Assembly (NCBI RefSeq): GCF_964355755.1
Contig: NC_092670.1
Coordinates: 114,201 to 178,200, forward strand
DNA length: 64,000 bases
Direction: 5' to 3'
DNA from: Antedon mediterranea
Lineage: Eukaryota > Animalia > Echinodermata
Part shown: positions 1-13,126 of the stretch, in pieces
How the letters are laid out: every line of letters begins with the position of its first letter
Position numbering within the stretch: position 1 is the first letter of the stretch
Made by a program: the position numbers and the translations under genes
The notes under the pieces: model-generated
The model's database searches: none
Told to the model about the DNA's origin: nothing
What the model saw: only the letters and a program-made list of their open reading frames with translations

Positions 1-3000
1 TATTATTCAATGACACACTAAACATTCAGTCGTAATAGACCATGCCGTAGAACACCGGTCACTCAAATACTAGTTATGAAGTAAATATGCCATATTATTA
101 ATAACACACTAAACATTCAGTCGTAATGGACCATGCCGTAGAACACCGGTCACTCAAATACTAGGTATGAAGTAAATATGCCATATTATTCAATGACACA
201 CTAAACATTCAGTCGTAATGGACCATGCCGTAGAACACCGGTCACTCAAATACTAGGTATGAAGTAAATATGCCATATTATTAATAACACACTAAACATT
301 CAGTCGTAATGGACCATGCCGTAGAACACCGGTCACTCAAATACTAGGTATGAAGTAAATATTCCATATTATTCAATGACACACTAAACATTCAGTCGTA
401 ATGGACCATGCCGTAGAACACCGGTCACTCAAATACTAGGTATGAAGTAAATATGCCATATTATTAATAACACACTAAACATTCAGTCGTAATGGACCAT
501 GCCGTAGAACACCGGTCACTCAAATACTAGTTATGAAGTAAATATGCCATATTATTAATAACACACTAAACATTCAGTCGTAATGGACCATGCCGTAGAA
601 CACCGGTCACTCAAATACTAGGTATGAAGTAAATATGCCATATTATTCAATGACACACTAAACATTCAGTCGTAATGGACCATGCCGTAGAACACCGGTC
701 ACTCAAATACTAGTTATGAAGTAAATATGCCATATTATTAATAACACACTAAACATTCAGTCGTAATGGACCATGCCGTAGAACGCCGGTCACTCAAATA
801 CTAGTTATGAAGTAAATATGCCATATTATTCAATAACACACTAAACATTCAGTCGTAATGGACCATGCCGTAGAACACCGGTCACTCAAATACTAGTTAT
901 GAAGTAAATATGCCATATTATTCAATGACACACTAAACATTCAGTCGTAATGGACCATGCCGTAGAACACCGGTCACTCAAATACTAGTTATGAAGTAAA
1001 TATGCCATATTATTCAATAACACACTAAACATTCAGTCGTAATGGACGATGCCGTAGAACACCGGTCACTCAAATACTAGGTATGAAGTAAATATGCCAT
1101 ATTATTCAATAACACACTAAACATTCAGTCGTAATGGACCATGCCGTAGAACACCGGTCACTCAAATACTAGGTATGAAGTAAATATGCCATATTATTAA
1201 CACACTAAACATTCAGTCGTAATGGACCATGCCGTAGAACACCGGTCACTCAAATACTAGGTATGAAGTAAATATGCCATATTATTCAATAACACACTAA
1301 ACATTCAGTCGTAATGGACCATGCCGTAGAACACCGGTCACTCAAATACTAGGTATGAAGTAAATATTCCATATTATTCAATGACACACTAAACATTCAG
1401 TCGTAATGGACCATGCCGTAGAACACCGGTCACTCAAATACTAGGTATGAAGTAAATATGCCATATTATTAATAACACACTAAACATTCAGTCGTAATGG
1501 ACCATGCCGTAGAACACCGGTCACTCAAATACTAGGTATGAAGTAAATATGCCATATTATTCAATAACACACTAAACATTCAGTCGTAATGGACCATGCC
1601 GTAGAACACCGGTCACTCAAATACTAGGTATGAAGTAAATATTCCATATTATTCAATGACACACTAAACATTCAGTCGTAATGGACCATGCCGTAGAACA
1701 CCGGTCACTCAAATACTAGGTATGAAGTAAATATGCCATATTATTCAATAACACACTAAACATTCAGTCGTAATGGACCATGCCGTAGAACACCGGCCAC
1801 TCAAATACTAGGTATGAAGTAAATATGCCATATTATTCAATAACACACTAAACATTCAGTCGTAATGGACCATGCCGTAGAACACCGGTCACTCAAATAC
1901 TAGGTATGAAGTAAATATTCCATATTATTCAATGACACACTAAACATTCAGTCGTAATGGACCATGCCGTAGAACACCGGTCACTCAAATACTAGGTATG
2001 AAGTAAATATGCCATATTATTAATAACACACTAAACATTCAGTCGTAATGGACCATGCCGTAGAACACCGGTCACTCAAATACTAGGTATGAAGTAAATA
2101 TGCCATATTATTCAATAACACACTAAACATTCAGTCGTAATGGACCATGCCGTAGAACACCGGTCACTCAAATACTAGGTATGAAGTAAATATTCCATAT
2201 TATTCAATGACACACTAAACATTCAGTCGTAATGGACCATGCCGTAGAACACCGGTCACTCAAATACTAGGTATGAAGTAAATATGCCATATTATTCAAT
2301 AACACACTAAACATTCAGTCGTAATGGACCATGCCGTAGAACACCGGTCACTCAAATACTAGGTATGAAGTAAATATGCCATATTATTCAATAACACACT
2401 AAACATTCAGTCGTAATGGACCATGCCGTAGAACACCGGTCACTCAAATACTAGGTATGAAGTAAATATTCCATATTATTCAATGACACACTAAACATTC
2501 AGTCGTAATGGACCATGCCGTAGAACACCGGTCACTCAAATACTAGGTATGAAGTAAATATGCCATATTATTCAATAACACACTAAACATTCAGTCGTAA
2601 TGGACCATGCCGTAGAACACCGGTCACTCAAATACTAGGTATGAAGTAAATATGCCATATTATTCAATAACACACTAAACATTCAGTCGTAATGGACCAT
2701 GCCGTAGAACACCGGTCACTCAAATACTAGGTATGAAGTAAATATTCCATATTATTCAATGACACACTAAACATTCAGTCGTAATGGACCATGCCGTAGA
2801 ACACCGGTCACTCAAATACTAGGTATGAAGTAAATATGCCATATTATTAATAACACACTAAACATTCAGTCGTAATGGACCATGCCGTAGAACACCGGTC
2901 ACTCAAATACTAGGTATGAAGTAAATATGCCATATTATTCAATAACACACTAAACATTCAGTCGTAATGGACCATGCCGTAGAACACCGGTCACTCAAAT

Positions 3001-4789
3001 ACTAGGTATGAAGTAAATATTCCATATTATTCAATGACACACTAAACATTCAGTCGTAATGGACCATGCCGTAGAACACCGGTCACTCAAATACTAGGTA
3101 TGAAGTAAATATTCCATATTATTCAATGACACACTAAACATTCAGTCGTAATGGACCATGCCGTAGAACACCGGTCACTCAAATACTAGGTATGAAGTAA
3201 ATATGCCATATTATTCAATAACACACTAAACATTCAGTCGTAATGGACCATGCCGTAGAACACCGGTCACTCAAATACTAGGTATGAAGTAAATATGCCA
3301 TATTATTCAATAACACACTAAACATTCAGTCGTAATGGACCATGCCGTAGAACACCGGTCACTCAAATACTAGGTATGAAGTAAATATGCCATATTATTA
3401 ATAACACACTAAACATTCAGTCGTAATGGACCATGCCGTAGAACACCGGTCACTCAAATACTAGGTATGAAGTAAATATGCCATATTATTCAATAACACA
3501 CTAAACATTCAGTCGTAATGGACCATGCCGTAGAACACCGGTCACTCAAATACTAGGTATGAAGTAAATATGCCATATTATTCAATAACACACTAAACAT
3601 TCAGTCGTAATGGACCATGCCGTAGAACACCGGTCACTCAAATACTAGGTATGAAGTAAATATTCCATATTATTCAATGACACACTAAACATTCAGTCGT
3701 AATGGACCATGCCGTAGAACACCGGTCACTCAAATACTAGGTATGAAGTAAATATGCCATATTATTAATAACACACTAAACATTCAGTCGTAATGGACCA
3801 TGCCGTAGAACACCGGTCACTCAAATACTAGGTATGAAGTAAATATGCCATATTATTCAATAACACACTAAACATTCAGTCGTAATGGACCATGCCGTAG
3901 AACACCGGTCACTCAAATACTAGGTATGAAGTAAATATTCCATATTATTCAATGACACACTAAACATTCAGTCGTAATGGACCATGCCGTAGAACACCGG
4001 TCACTCAAATACTAGGTATGAAGTAAATATTCCATATTATTCAATGACACACTAAACATTCAGTCGTAATGGACCATGCCGTAGAACACCGGTCACTCAA
4101 ATACTAGGTATGAAGTAAATATGCCATATTATTCAATAACACACTAAACATTCAGTCGTAATGGACCATGCCGTAGAACACCGGTCACTCAAATACTAGG
4201 TATGAAGTAAATATGCCATATTATTCAATAACACACTAAACATTCAGTCGTAATGGACCATGCCGTAGAACACCGGTCACTCAAATACTAGGTATGAAGT
4301 AAATATTCCATATTATTCAATGACACACTAAACATTCAGTCGTAATGGACCATGCCGTAGAACACCGGTCACTCAAATACTAGGTATGAAGTAAATATGC
4401 CATATTATTCAATAACACACTAAACATTCAGTCGTAATGGACCATGCCGTAGAACACCGGTCACTCAAATACTAGGTATGAAGTAAATATGCCATATTAT
4501 TCAATAACACACTAAACATTCAGTCGTAATGGACCATGCCGTAGAACACCGGTCACTCAAATACTAGGTATGAAGTAAATATTCCATATTATTCAATGAC
4601 ACACTAAACATTCAGTCGTAATGGACCATGCCGTAGAACACCGGTCACTCAAATACTAGGTATGAAGTAAATATGCCATATTATTAATAACACACTAAAC
4701 ATTCAGTCGTAATGGACCATGCCGTAGAACACCGGTCACTCAAATACTAGGTATGAAGTAAATATGCCATATTATTCAATAACACACTG
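1..4789 (+). repeat. 91/92-bp tandem array (~52 copies, open at the window start) in a SUZ12 intron; unit = 3' end of a SUZ12 exon + donor + ~30 nt of intron
   Basis: Unit ACATTCAGTCGTAATGGACCATGCCGTAGAACACCGGTCACTCAAATACTAG(T/G)TATGAA|GTAAATATGCCATATTATTCAATGACACACTAA translates TFSRNGPCRRTPVTQIL(V/G)MK, matching the SUZ12 motif FSRNGPVKRTPITHILVCR. Confidence 0.95.
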
Positions 4790-4901
4790 ACATAAATAAT
4801 AATTTGTAATTCTAAAAGGTAAACAGGTGTTTAGTTTCATACAAATCAAGAATGTCAACTACCATCTGGCTTTTGTTATTTTTGATTTGTTCTTCCTTTA
4901 G

Positions 4902-4994
4902 ACGCCAAAGAAAAGCGCCAACTCTCAATGAATTCCTAGAAGGTGAGGACCGTGACCTTGTCAGTCATCGTCCTTTTGTCTCGGGTCATAATAG
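4902..4994 (+). CDS. SUZ12: Polycomb protein SUZ12, internal exon (visible model: 4902-4994, 5266-5371, 5677-5756, 5883-6153; upstream exons lie outside the window)
   Basis: ttttag|...|gtaagg; encodes RQRKAPTLNEFLEGEDRDLVSHRPFVSGHNR, like human PKRTKASMSEFLESED...SGHNR. Confidence 0.92.
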
Positions 4995-5197
4995 GTAAGG
5001 AAATGGGGTTTTTTTCCTATTTTTTTTAACATAGATAATAATATGTATTTAGGTGTATTTTCGAAAATGCATGAATGTTAAAAAAAAAAAGGAAAATGAA
5101 ATTGATTATTTCATTTCAGGCTTTCTGCAGGGCTTTTTTTCAATTCTTGTATATACCATATTTACTAATTTTATGTACAGTACACTGATTCAGTTAA

Positions 5198-5389
<192 letters not shown>

Positions 5390-5676
5390 TAACCTAGGCT
5401 ACTGCAATTTGGGCTCAAAGTTTGAAATAATGTAACAAATCTAAGTAAAATATTAATGTTTTGTGTGTGTCTATGTGAGTATTGATTGAATTTTATCAAA
5501 TACTTACTACCGCCTTTAAATCTGCCTTGAAAACTCATCACGTTCACGATTTACCTGACGATAGAACAGGATCGGCCAAACTACCCCTAAACCAGTGGCG
5601 TCATACAAGAAAGCTCTCTACTAATTGTATTACTTTCAACAGAATAATTTATATTCATTTGTTTTTGTGCACTTAG

Positions 5677-5756
5677 ATGATTGATGAATTTACTGATGTT
5701 AATGAAGGTGAAAAAGAATTGATGAAATTATGGAATGTGCATGTTCTTAAAAATAA
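5677..5756 (+). CDS. SUZ12: SUZ12 exon, VEFS-box
   Basis: AG/GT flanked; MIDEFTDVNEGEKELMKLWNVHVLK is the conserved VEFS core. Confidence 0.95.
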
Positions 5757-5882
5757 GTAAGTAATCTCTGTATTTGGTAACCAATAACCAGAAATTACTT
5801 TTTTGGGGGTTTTTGGTCAATTTAATAAAAATGTTTGAATGTTTCCATGGTTTTAATAATTTTAAATACTTGTTTTCATCAG

Positions 5883-6153
5883 CTTTATGTCGGACAGTCT
5901 GATACCAAGAGCATGTAGAATGTTTGTACAGGATCATGGACCAGAACTCGTTAAGCTAAACTTAAAGAGTAACTTTTTACTCCATATGGTGAATTTATTT
6001 GACTTCAGCCTTATCCAACCACCACTTATATCCAGTATTATGGCTGATCTGGATAAATTTGAAGAATCTGCTGCCAAAGAACCATCTATTCCCGCAGAAC
6101 ATATGACCTATGACACACCTGGGTGTAGCCAGCTAAAAATAGTTAATGATTGA
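5883..6153 (+). CDS. SUZ12: SUZ12 last coding exon
   Basis: FMSDSLIPRACRMFVQDHG...NFLLHMVNLFDFSLI, TGA at 6151-6153; phase fits the previous exon. Confidence 0.93.
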
Positions 6154-7254
6154 GTGAGTATTCTCAACTTTAACCTCAGCAAAAAGTTCCTTGGAAAAAA
6201 GAACACATAATTGAGAATTTTTAGGAGGTTGATATGTAGTGTATTGTTTTCTCATATGTATCATAATTTTTAATTTTATCCCTGAAATATTATATATCAT
6301 TGTTATTTCATTTGTAATAATTAATGATTTATTTTTGTAGCATATGATTTCTTGCTACTTGTGTAGCATAATAATTATTTCTGGTGGATGTGTGGATCTT
6401 GCTTCTATTTTAATAGATAAACTCAATTTATATTAAATTCCTTATACAGTAGCTCTATTCCTCAGATGAATTTGATAACCTTTAGACTGGGTTCAACTTT
6501 CAATATTTTTCATTATTTCTCTGGAAATTTTTCAATGCATGTTTTGCTTTTGTTTAATACTCAACATACTAATCTTCAAGAGATGTTGAAAGTGATAGTA
6601 TGTTGTTGAGCCACTTCACTGCAGAGCAACATACCCACTACACTTATTCTGTGTTATTGGAGGCCACTTTCTATTCTAAATATGAAAATAGGGACTCACT
6701 TTAGCTAATGTTCTTTGGCTCCTATTTAAAGCAAACATTTTACACAAAAAAACATGTTCACATAATCAATTTTGTAATTCTAATTTAAGACCAAAATATC
6801 AGTGAAATGTTGTATTTACATTGAAGAAACCTTTATTTTTGTGTGGTAACTATGCAACAAAAAACAATGATTGTAAGCTGTATGTAAAATAGAGAGATGT
6901 AAATATTGTAAATTCTTTACCAACCAGCCAGATATATTTTGCAGAAATAATACATTTTTTTATGACAATCTGTTATTTTGCTTTATATGTTTAATCATAG
7001 ATCGTGCTGAGAAACATGTAGGTAGTTAGGACAAATTTATGTTTCTTTTGTATAAAAATAAAGTAAAAAGGGCAAAAAGGAGTAGAAATCATTTTGTATG
7101 AACCTTTTCTAAACTGTTTATATGGTTGTTGTTAATTACCACTTTAAACATTATTATTGGTTATTCATTTGAGCCCAAATATTGTGAGTGAATATTACTT
7201 TAAAAAGTAAGGCTTTGTGAACACCGCCTTAAATGTAAGCTGCTGCTATTATGA

Positions 7255-7670
7255 CACCTTTGAAGGAACTTGAACGTCATATGTATAACCCTAACGTCGT
7301 ATACCACTAACACGTTAAGTCGCATAAACATGAGTTTTATTCTTTGAACGTCATATACCACTAACACGTTTAAGTCACATAAGTGATCTGTGTTCTTTGA
7401 AGGAACTTGAACGTCAATGTTCTAACACCATTAACACGTTTAAGTCACATACACTTGAGTTTTATTATTTGAATTTTATACACTACTAACACGTTTAAGT
7501 CGCATAAACATGAGTTTTATTATTTGAATTTTATACACTACTAACACGTTTAAGTCGCATAAACATGAGTTTTATTCTTTGAACGTCATATATCACTAAC
7601 ACGTTTTAAGTCACATAAGTGATATGTGTTCTTTGAAGGAACTTGAACGTCATATTATGTTCTAACATTT
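7255..7670. repeat. Degenerate ~55-65-bp tandem repeat
   Basis: Recurring CTAACACGTTTAAGTC(G/A)CATAAACATGAGTTTTATT and GAAGGAACTTGAACGTCA blocks. Confidence 0.75.
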
Positions 7671-7805
7671 TAAACAGTTACATCGTCTATAGATAAAGCG
7701 AATATGTTCGGAGAACATTTCCAGTCTTATGTTTAACTCAAGCAGTGATACGAATTTGCCAGAAATCGCGGTTCAACATGTTCCCGAACTTTCTGATATT
7801 CGTTT

Positions 7806-8308
7806 GGTTTCGCAATCTTACGAATACGATAACGAAAACGGATACGTCACGCACACGTATTCGTTTTCGTAAGCCATAAACAAATCTGTTTCGCATGTCA
7901 ACAAAATATTGAGGCGCGTCCAAAATATGACTGCGGTAAATTTGAGCGAAACGAAGGTACGTGTTGCTTGGTGCTTGGCTGCCTAGGCCTAGCGTAACAT
8001 CAAAGCGAGTGAGGACTTTAAAATCTGCTATTATTTTATCAAAATTGACCTGGCATTTAGTAAATTACTTTAGTAAATTACTTTCAATAAATCTATAATT
8101 ATATTATAATCATGAATCATTCCTAATTCAAATTCAAAATGTGCAAAATAGATCAAAAACTATACTCGTTTTGTAGTTACGAATATGACTGGTGATATTC
8201 AACACGAATACGCTTTACGAATATGAAATGGGGATCAGCTCAAAAGTTTCACAAATGTATGACGTATCCGTTTTCGTTATCGTATTCGTAAGGTTGCGAA
8301 ACCTCCCT
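7806..8308. mobile_element. MITE-like element with ~44-bp inverted repeats (left end apparently truncated)
   Basis: GGTTTCGCAATCTTACGAATACGATAACGAAAACGGATACGTCA (7806-7849) is the reverse complement of TGACGTATCCG...GTTGCGAAACC (8259-8303). Confidence 0.7.
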
Positions 8309-8309
8309 A

Positions 8310-10017
8310 TTACTATACATGTTGAGGACGTGGAGTTTGTAATCCGCAATCTTAACACCAACAAAGCCGTTGGTCCTGATAATATTTCTCCGCTTATCCT
8401 GAAGGAATGCGCAGCTGAGCTTTCTTCCTCATTGTGTTGTTTATTTAACAAATCACTTTGCTTTGGTACTCTTCCATCTTCATGGAAAGCAGCACATGTA
8501 ACTCCAGTCCATAAGAAAGGAAATAAAGAGGACGTAAAAAATTATAGGCCAATTTCCCTACTAAGTACTGTATCTAAAGTATTTGAACGGTGCGTCTTTG
8601 ACAAAATATATCCTCATCTTGAACACAAGATATATGCTGGGCAACATGGTTTTGTTAAAGGTCGTTCAACAGCAAGTCAACTCACTTAGGTAATCAATGA
8701 TTTTAGTATAGTCTTAGATAAGATAAGCAGTTAGGTCAGACTGATGTAATTTATCTTGATTTTTCCCGTGCTTTTGACTCTGTGCCTCACCTTAAATTGA
8801 TTCATAAACTTCAGTCTTATGGTATATCTGGTAACTTACTTACCTGGTTTCGTAATTATATAACAAACCGAACACAGAAAGTTGTAATTGAAGGTCAGTC
8901 TTCAGAGTGGTTCCCAGTATCATCAGGTGTCCCACAGGGATCGATTCTAGGGCCATTAATGTTTATCCTATATTAATGATCTGCCTGATCATTTAAGTTG
9001 TGACAAAAATATTGCTCTTTATGCTGATGAGAAATTCACAGTGTCCAGGATTGCCATCCACTTCAGATTGATATTGATACTCTGAGCAGCTGGTCTAAAA
9101 AATGGGATTTGAATTTTAATACTTCTAAATGTAAAATTATTTCTATTACCCGATCTCGAAATTCTGTTATTTTTGATTATATAATTAATAACGATATTCT
9201 TGAACGAGTTAGTGAAATTAATGATCTTGGTATCATAATTGATTCTCATTTATCTTGGAAGGCTCATTATAATTATATTATTTCCAAAGCAAATCGTATG
9301 TTAGGCCTGGTTAAACGTGTTAGTTTCCATTGTAATTCACATGTAAAACGGTCTCTTTATTTAAGTATTGTTCGTAGTTACCTTGAATACTGCTCTACTG
9401 TCTGGTCTCCCAATTACAGAACTAACATAAGACAACTTGAGGGAGTTCAGCGTAGAGCAACTAAATTTATTTAAAATAATTTTGAAGCTGATTACAAATG
9501 CAGACTTCAAACATGCAATTTACTACCATTATGTTATAGGCGTCACTTTACCGATATCGTTTTTCTCTTTAAGATTTTCAATTCTAATATAATTAATACC
9601 GACAATTTATTTAATATTCGTAATCCACAACGTGTTACTCGTAGCTCTTCTTCTATTGGTACTCTTTTTGATATTCGTCGCTGCAGAACTGAATCTTCTT
9701 TTCAATCATATATCCCACGTGTTACCAGAATTTGGAATAACTTACCCAGTGAAATCCGCAACTTAAATATTTCTGTTAGTTCTTTTAAAACCAAATTACT
9801 TAATTATCTCAACATTTATTTTTTAAATAATTTTGATATTGAAAATGTGTGTAGTTGGTCGCTTTCTTGTCGATGCTTTTATTGTAGAACGTAATTTATT
9901 TATTTATTTTTCTCTGTTCTGGGTTGACCAACTAGCTAGCCTCCTTTTATAATTGTTTTGTCTTCTTATGTTTATGGCAGAAATTGAATAAATAAATAAA
10001 ATAAATAAAAATAAATA
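8310..10017 (+). mobile_element. 5'-truncated, decayed CR1/L2-clade LINE (RT domain + 3' end + AATA tail)
   Basis: Broken ORFs carrying KAVGPDNI, WKAAHVTPVHKKG, NYRPISLLS, QHGF, YLDFSRAFD, GVPQGSILGP, YAD, LEYCSTVWSP; stops and frameshifts; (AATA)n tail at ~9988-10017. Confidence 0.92.
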
Positions 10018-10152
10018 AGTCGCAGAAATATTTGTTGTGTGGATGTTTAATTCTAAATAAATATTGTACATTACTACATAATAGACCTTCTATTCTAAAT
10101 ATAATTTTCACTTAAATAATACTTTTTATCCAAAAAATTATGCTGCATGTTT

Positions 10153-10355
10153 TTAAAGTGGTGGAATGACGCATTCTGTATCTGTTATGGTGTCTATGCA
10201 TGCAATCGGTTGTCCTGTTTGCATGTTGTATTGCGGGTTGTAGTAAGTGTTGAGAGAGCACTGTACAAGATGGGGAATTTCATCGTAGCAGACGTAAAAC
10301 TGAGAGCAGTCATTTACGTTGACGTAATGATGTTGGTCCGGTTGGCCAACACATG
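10153..10355 (-). CDS. Mucin/peritrophin-like protein exon 9 (last; CBM14-like domain 7)
   Basis: Not in the ORF track; ttgtag|CA TGT...: CVGQPDQHHYVNVNDCSQFYVCYDEIPHLVQCSLNTYYNPQYNMQTGQPIACIDTITDTECVIPPL*, 6 Cys. Confidence 0.85.
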
Positions 10356-10468
10356 CTACAAAATAAAATGTATATTAAAAACACTGTGTATCAACTAAGG
10401 TTCAAAGTAAAATTGTTTTGTGCTTTTTAAGAAATTATCACAATTTATAATGTCACAATGGGAATTAA

Positions 10469-11818
10469 AGGATAACTTGACCGAGAACCATATTTTAACA
10501 ACGTATTATTAGGGATATACATATGATTTCAGAACAATCGCGAGATTAAAGCTTGGTTCCCACTATAACGTAACGCAAGGACGTAAACGCAACGCAAGCG
10601 TTTTAACCAATGACAAGCGAAGTTATAGACAGTGAGCAATCACAAGCGAATAAGCCATCGCTTGTGATTGGTCAATTCACTTGCGTTGCGTTACGCCCCT
10701 CTGCGTTGCGTCGCTAGTGGGAACCACGCTTTACGATACCGCTGCGCGGGCTCGCCGTACAGCCGTCGCCGTTAATTTCTGTGACGTCACAAGTGCATGG
10801 CGAAATCTACCTCATGAGTTTCACTGTTGTTAACATACAAGAGATAGGTACCATCACTTCAATTGCTAATTTTACATGTATTAGGCTTAAATTTGCCGAA
10901 ATGTTTAGTCTGGTATTTTGAAAAAAACACTTCATTATCCAGATAGGCAAAAGAAACAATAAATAAATTCAACATTTATATTTTTTACGATTGATTTTAA
11001 AAGTGTGTTTACTAGAAATGTTCGCGATTTGCCAGACTTGTCTTAATAATCCGAAAGAGTAAACATGACGTATGATGCTCTGGAATCATTCAACCATATC
11101 GCACTAAAACTTTTTTAATACTTCACGGTGATTTTCGGTAAAGACGATGATGTTTATAGTAATCCACCGGCCTAACCTTTGTACTCTAAGACGATGGTGA
11201 GTAAATTATAAAAGTTCCTGAATTTAAGTGTTCTCTAAACGGCGGCTAAAATAATCAGACCGACGCGATAGTTAGCTAGTAGTGTAGCTAGCCTAGGCCT
11301 AAGAGGCTAGGCATAAGCGCCCTAGTAGGCATATTAATAGGCTGCAGAGTCGCCACAACACACCGAAACGACCCGTTGCGTGTCACGTCACACCACAGAG
11401 AGGAACGTTTTGAGTGAGATAATGGTGGAGTGATTTCATCGCGTCATCACATACGTCATACTTTTAGGCGAACATTTCTAGTAAACACACTTTTTAAATA
11501 AATTGTAAAAATATAAATGTTGAATTTTGTTGTTTCTTTTGCCTATCTGGATACTGAAGAGTTTCTTCAAAATACCAGATTAAACATTTTGGCAAATTTA
11601 AGCATTAATACATGTAAAATTAGTAATAGAAGTAACGGTACCTATCTCTTGTATGTTAACAACAGTGAAAACTCATGGGTGTAGATTTCGCCATGCACTT
11701 ATGACGTCACAGCAATTTACTGCGAGTGCGTGCGGCGATATCGGAAATATCGTGTTTGTTCAGAAATCATGTGTACATCCCTAATACTTAGTTAAAATAT
11801 GGTTCTCAGTCAAGTTCT
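10469..11818. mobile_element. Foldback non-autonomous DNA transposon (Kolobok-like left end TTAA|AGG) with ~350-bp inverted arms, filling mucin intron 8
   Basis: 10475-11025 (minus the nested MITE) is the reverse complement of 11468-11818. Confidence 0.8.
10550..10730. mobile_element. PIF/Harbinger-like MITE nested in the foldback
   Basis: TIR AGCTTGGTTCCCACTA / TAGTGGGAACCACGCT with TAA/TTA flanks; second copy at ~47747-47922. Confidence 0.8.
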
Positions 11819-11821
11819 TAC

Positions 11822-12052
11822 GTGTATCATTCTCGATTGGCAAGTCCGTATAATCACAAATACGATCAGTTTCTTCGGGTTCGACACAACCAGACTGTAT
11901 GCCTAATCTGTCTGCTCTTTTCTCGCCAACAAACCACAACCCTAGAGGACAGTCGTCAGAGATTTCTACTCCAAGGATGCAGTAGTATGAAGACCCACAA
12001 TCTTCGTACTTTTCAAATCGTTTGCCATGGTTTTCTGGTGTTGCACACATAC
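11822..12052 (-). CDS. Mucin/peritrophin-like protein exon 8 (CBM14-like domain 6)
   Basis: Phase 1-1, 231 nt; MCATPENHGKRFEKYEDCGSSYYCILGVEISDDCPLGLWF...GC...IC; donor C|GTAAGA. Confidence 0.85.
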
Positions 12053-12087
12053 CTTTAAATAAGAAGATCAACAGTTTTATTTAATAA

Positions 12088-12510
12088 CAGTCTTTTTCAA
12101 CAGTACCCTCCAGCGGACACCTTGATGTTTGACATACTACAAGGACCTGCCTGACATCTGTGTTGTAACGATTGGGGTTGTCCCACAGTCTCTTTCAACA
12201 GTACCCTCCAGCGGACACCTTGATGTTTGACATACTAGGAGGGAGCTACCTAACATTTGCGTTGTAACGAGTGTGGTTGTCCCACAGTCTTTTTCAACAG
12301 TACCTTCCAGCGGACACCTTGATGTTTGACATATCTAGGACCTACCTGACATCTGTGTTGTAACGAGTGTGGTTGTCACACAGTCTTTTTCAACAGTACC
12401 CTCCAGCGGACACCTTGATGTTTGACATACTAGGACCTACCTGACATCTGTGTTGTAACGATTTTGGTTGTCCCACAGTCTTTTTCAACAGTACCCTTCA
12501 GCGGACATGT
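12088..12510 (-). repeat. ~95-bp tandem repeat (~4.5 units) made of the 3' end of exon 7 + its donor
   Basis: Sense-strand unit TGTCCGCTGGAGGGTACTGTTGAAAAAGACTGTGGGACAACC...ACAACACAGATGTCAG|GTAGGTCCTAGTATGTCAAACATCAAGG. Confidence 0.9.
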
Positions 12511-12665
12511 CGCAACTGCTCCATTGTTCTCCGGTAAAAACCAATGTCCATTTGGGCACAAAAACCGCTTTAACTCATTTTGCTCACAAACATATCCAGC
12601 TTGACAATCCTCCTCGTCAATGTAGAACGTTCTTCTGTTGGCTTCGCGCGTCTTGCATTCAGCTT
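12441..12665 (-). CDS. Mucin/peritrophin-like protein exon 7 (CBM14-like domain 5)
   Basis: Not in the ORF track; aaacag|...|gtaggt, 225 nt, phase 1-1; AECKTREANRRTFYIDEEDCQAGYVCEQNELKRFLCPNGHWF...TCPLKGTVEKDC. Confidence 0.85.
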
Positions 12666-13126
12666 CTGTTTATACAAGGTAGAAGCTCATTATCTTCATT
12701 TTTCATTATTATTTCGTTGTTAGGCTTACATGTTAATAAATTACATTTAACAAATTTTGGTTTGGGTAAACTATGTGTTTGAGAAATAGGTTGAGAATAT
12801 CGCGGGAATTTTAAGATGTATAAATGTAAACGGTTCATTAAAAGGTCTGGTACAGCTTCGGATGTTTTCACATAAGACTTATCAACTATTAGGTTAGAGA
12901 ACATAGTGGTTGCCTCACTAAACCGCTGACATACATACGCACGGTGGCCGACGACGTATCAAAATAAGGAACTACTACTACTAATTACACAACTACACAC
13001 ATCTGTATTTAGGAAATGTGGCTATGATACTACAGATGTATAACCGAATCGTCTAGATTATTCGTTTCTAAGTCGGATCAATTTTTAAATGGGTAAATTT
13101 AGAAGAAGAAAAAAAGACACACTTAC

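Noticed and set aside
1-4789. CRISPR-like array
   Set aside because: Units are contiguous and near-identical with no unique spacers, no cas genes are present, and the context is a eukaryotic intron.
8192-9474. Active reverse-transcriptase gene or novel RT system
   Set aside because: An ordinary 5'-truncated LINE with stops and frameshifts; the ORF's N-terminus is read from an adjacent MITE.
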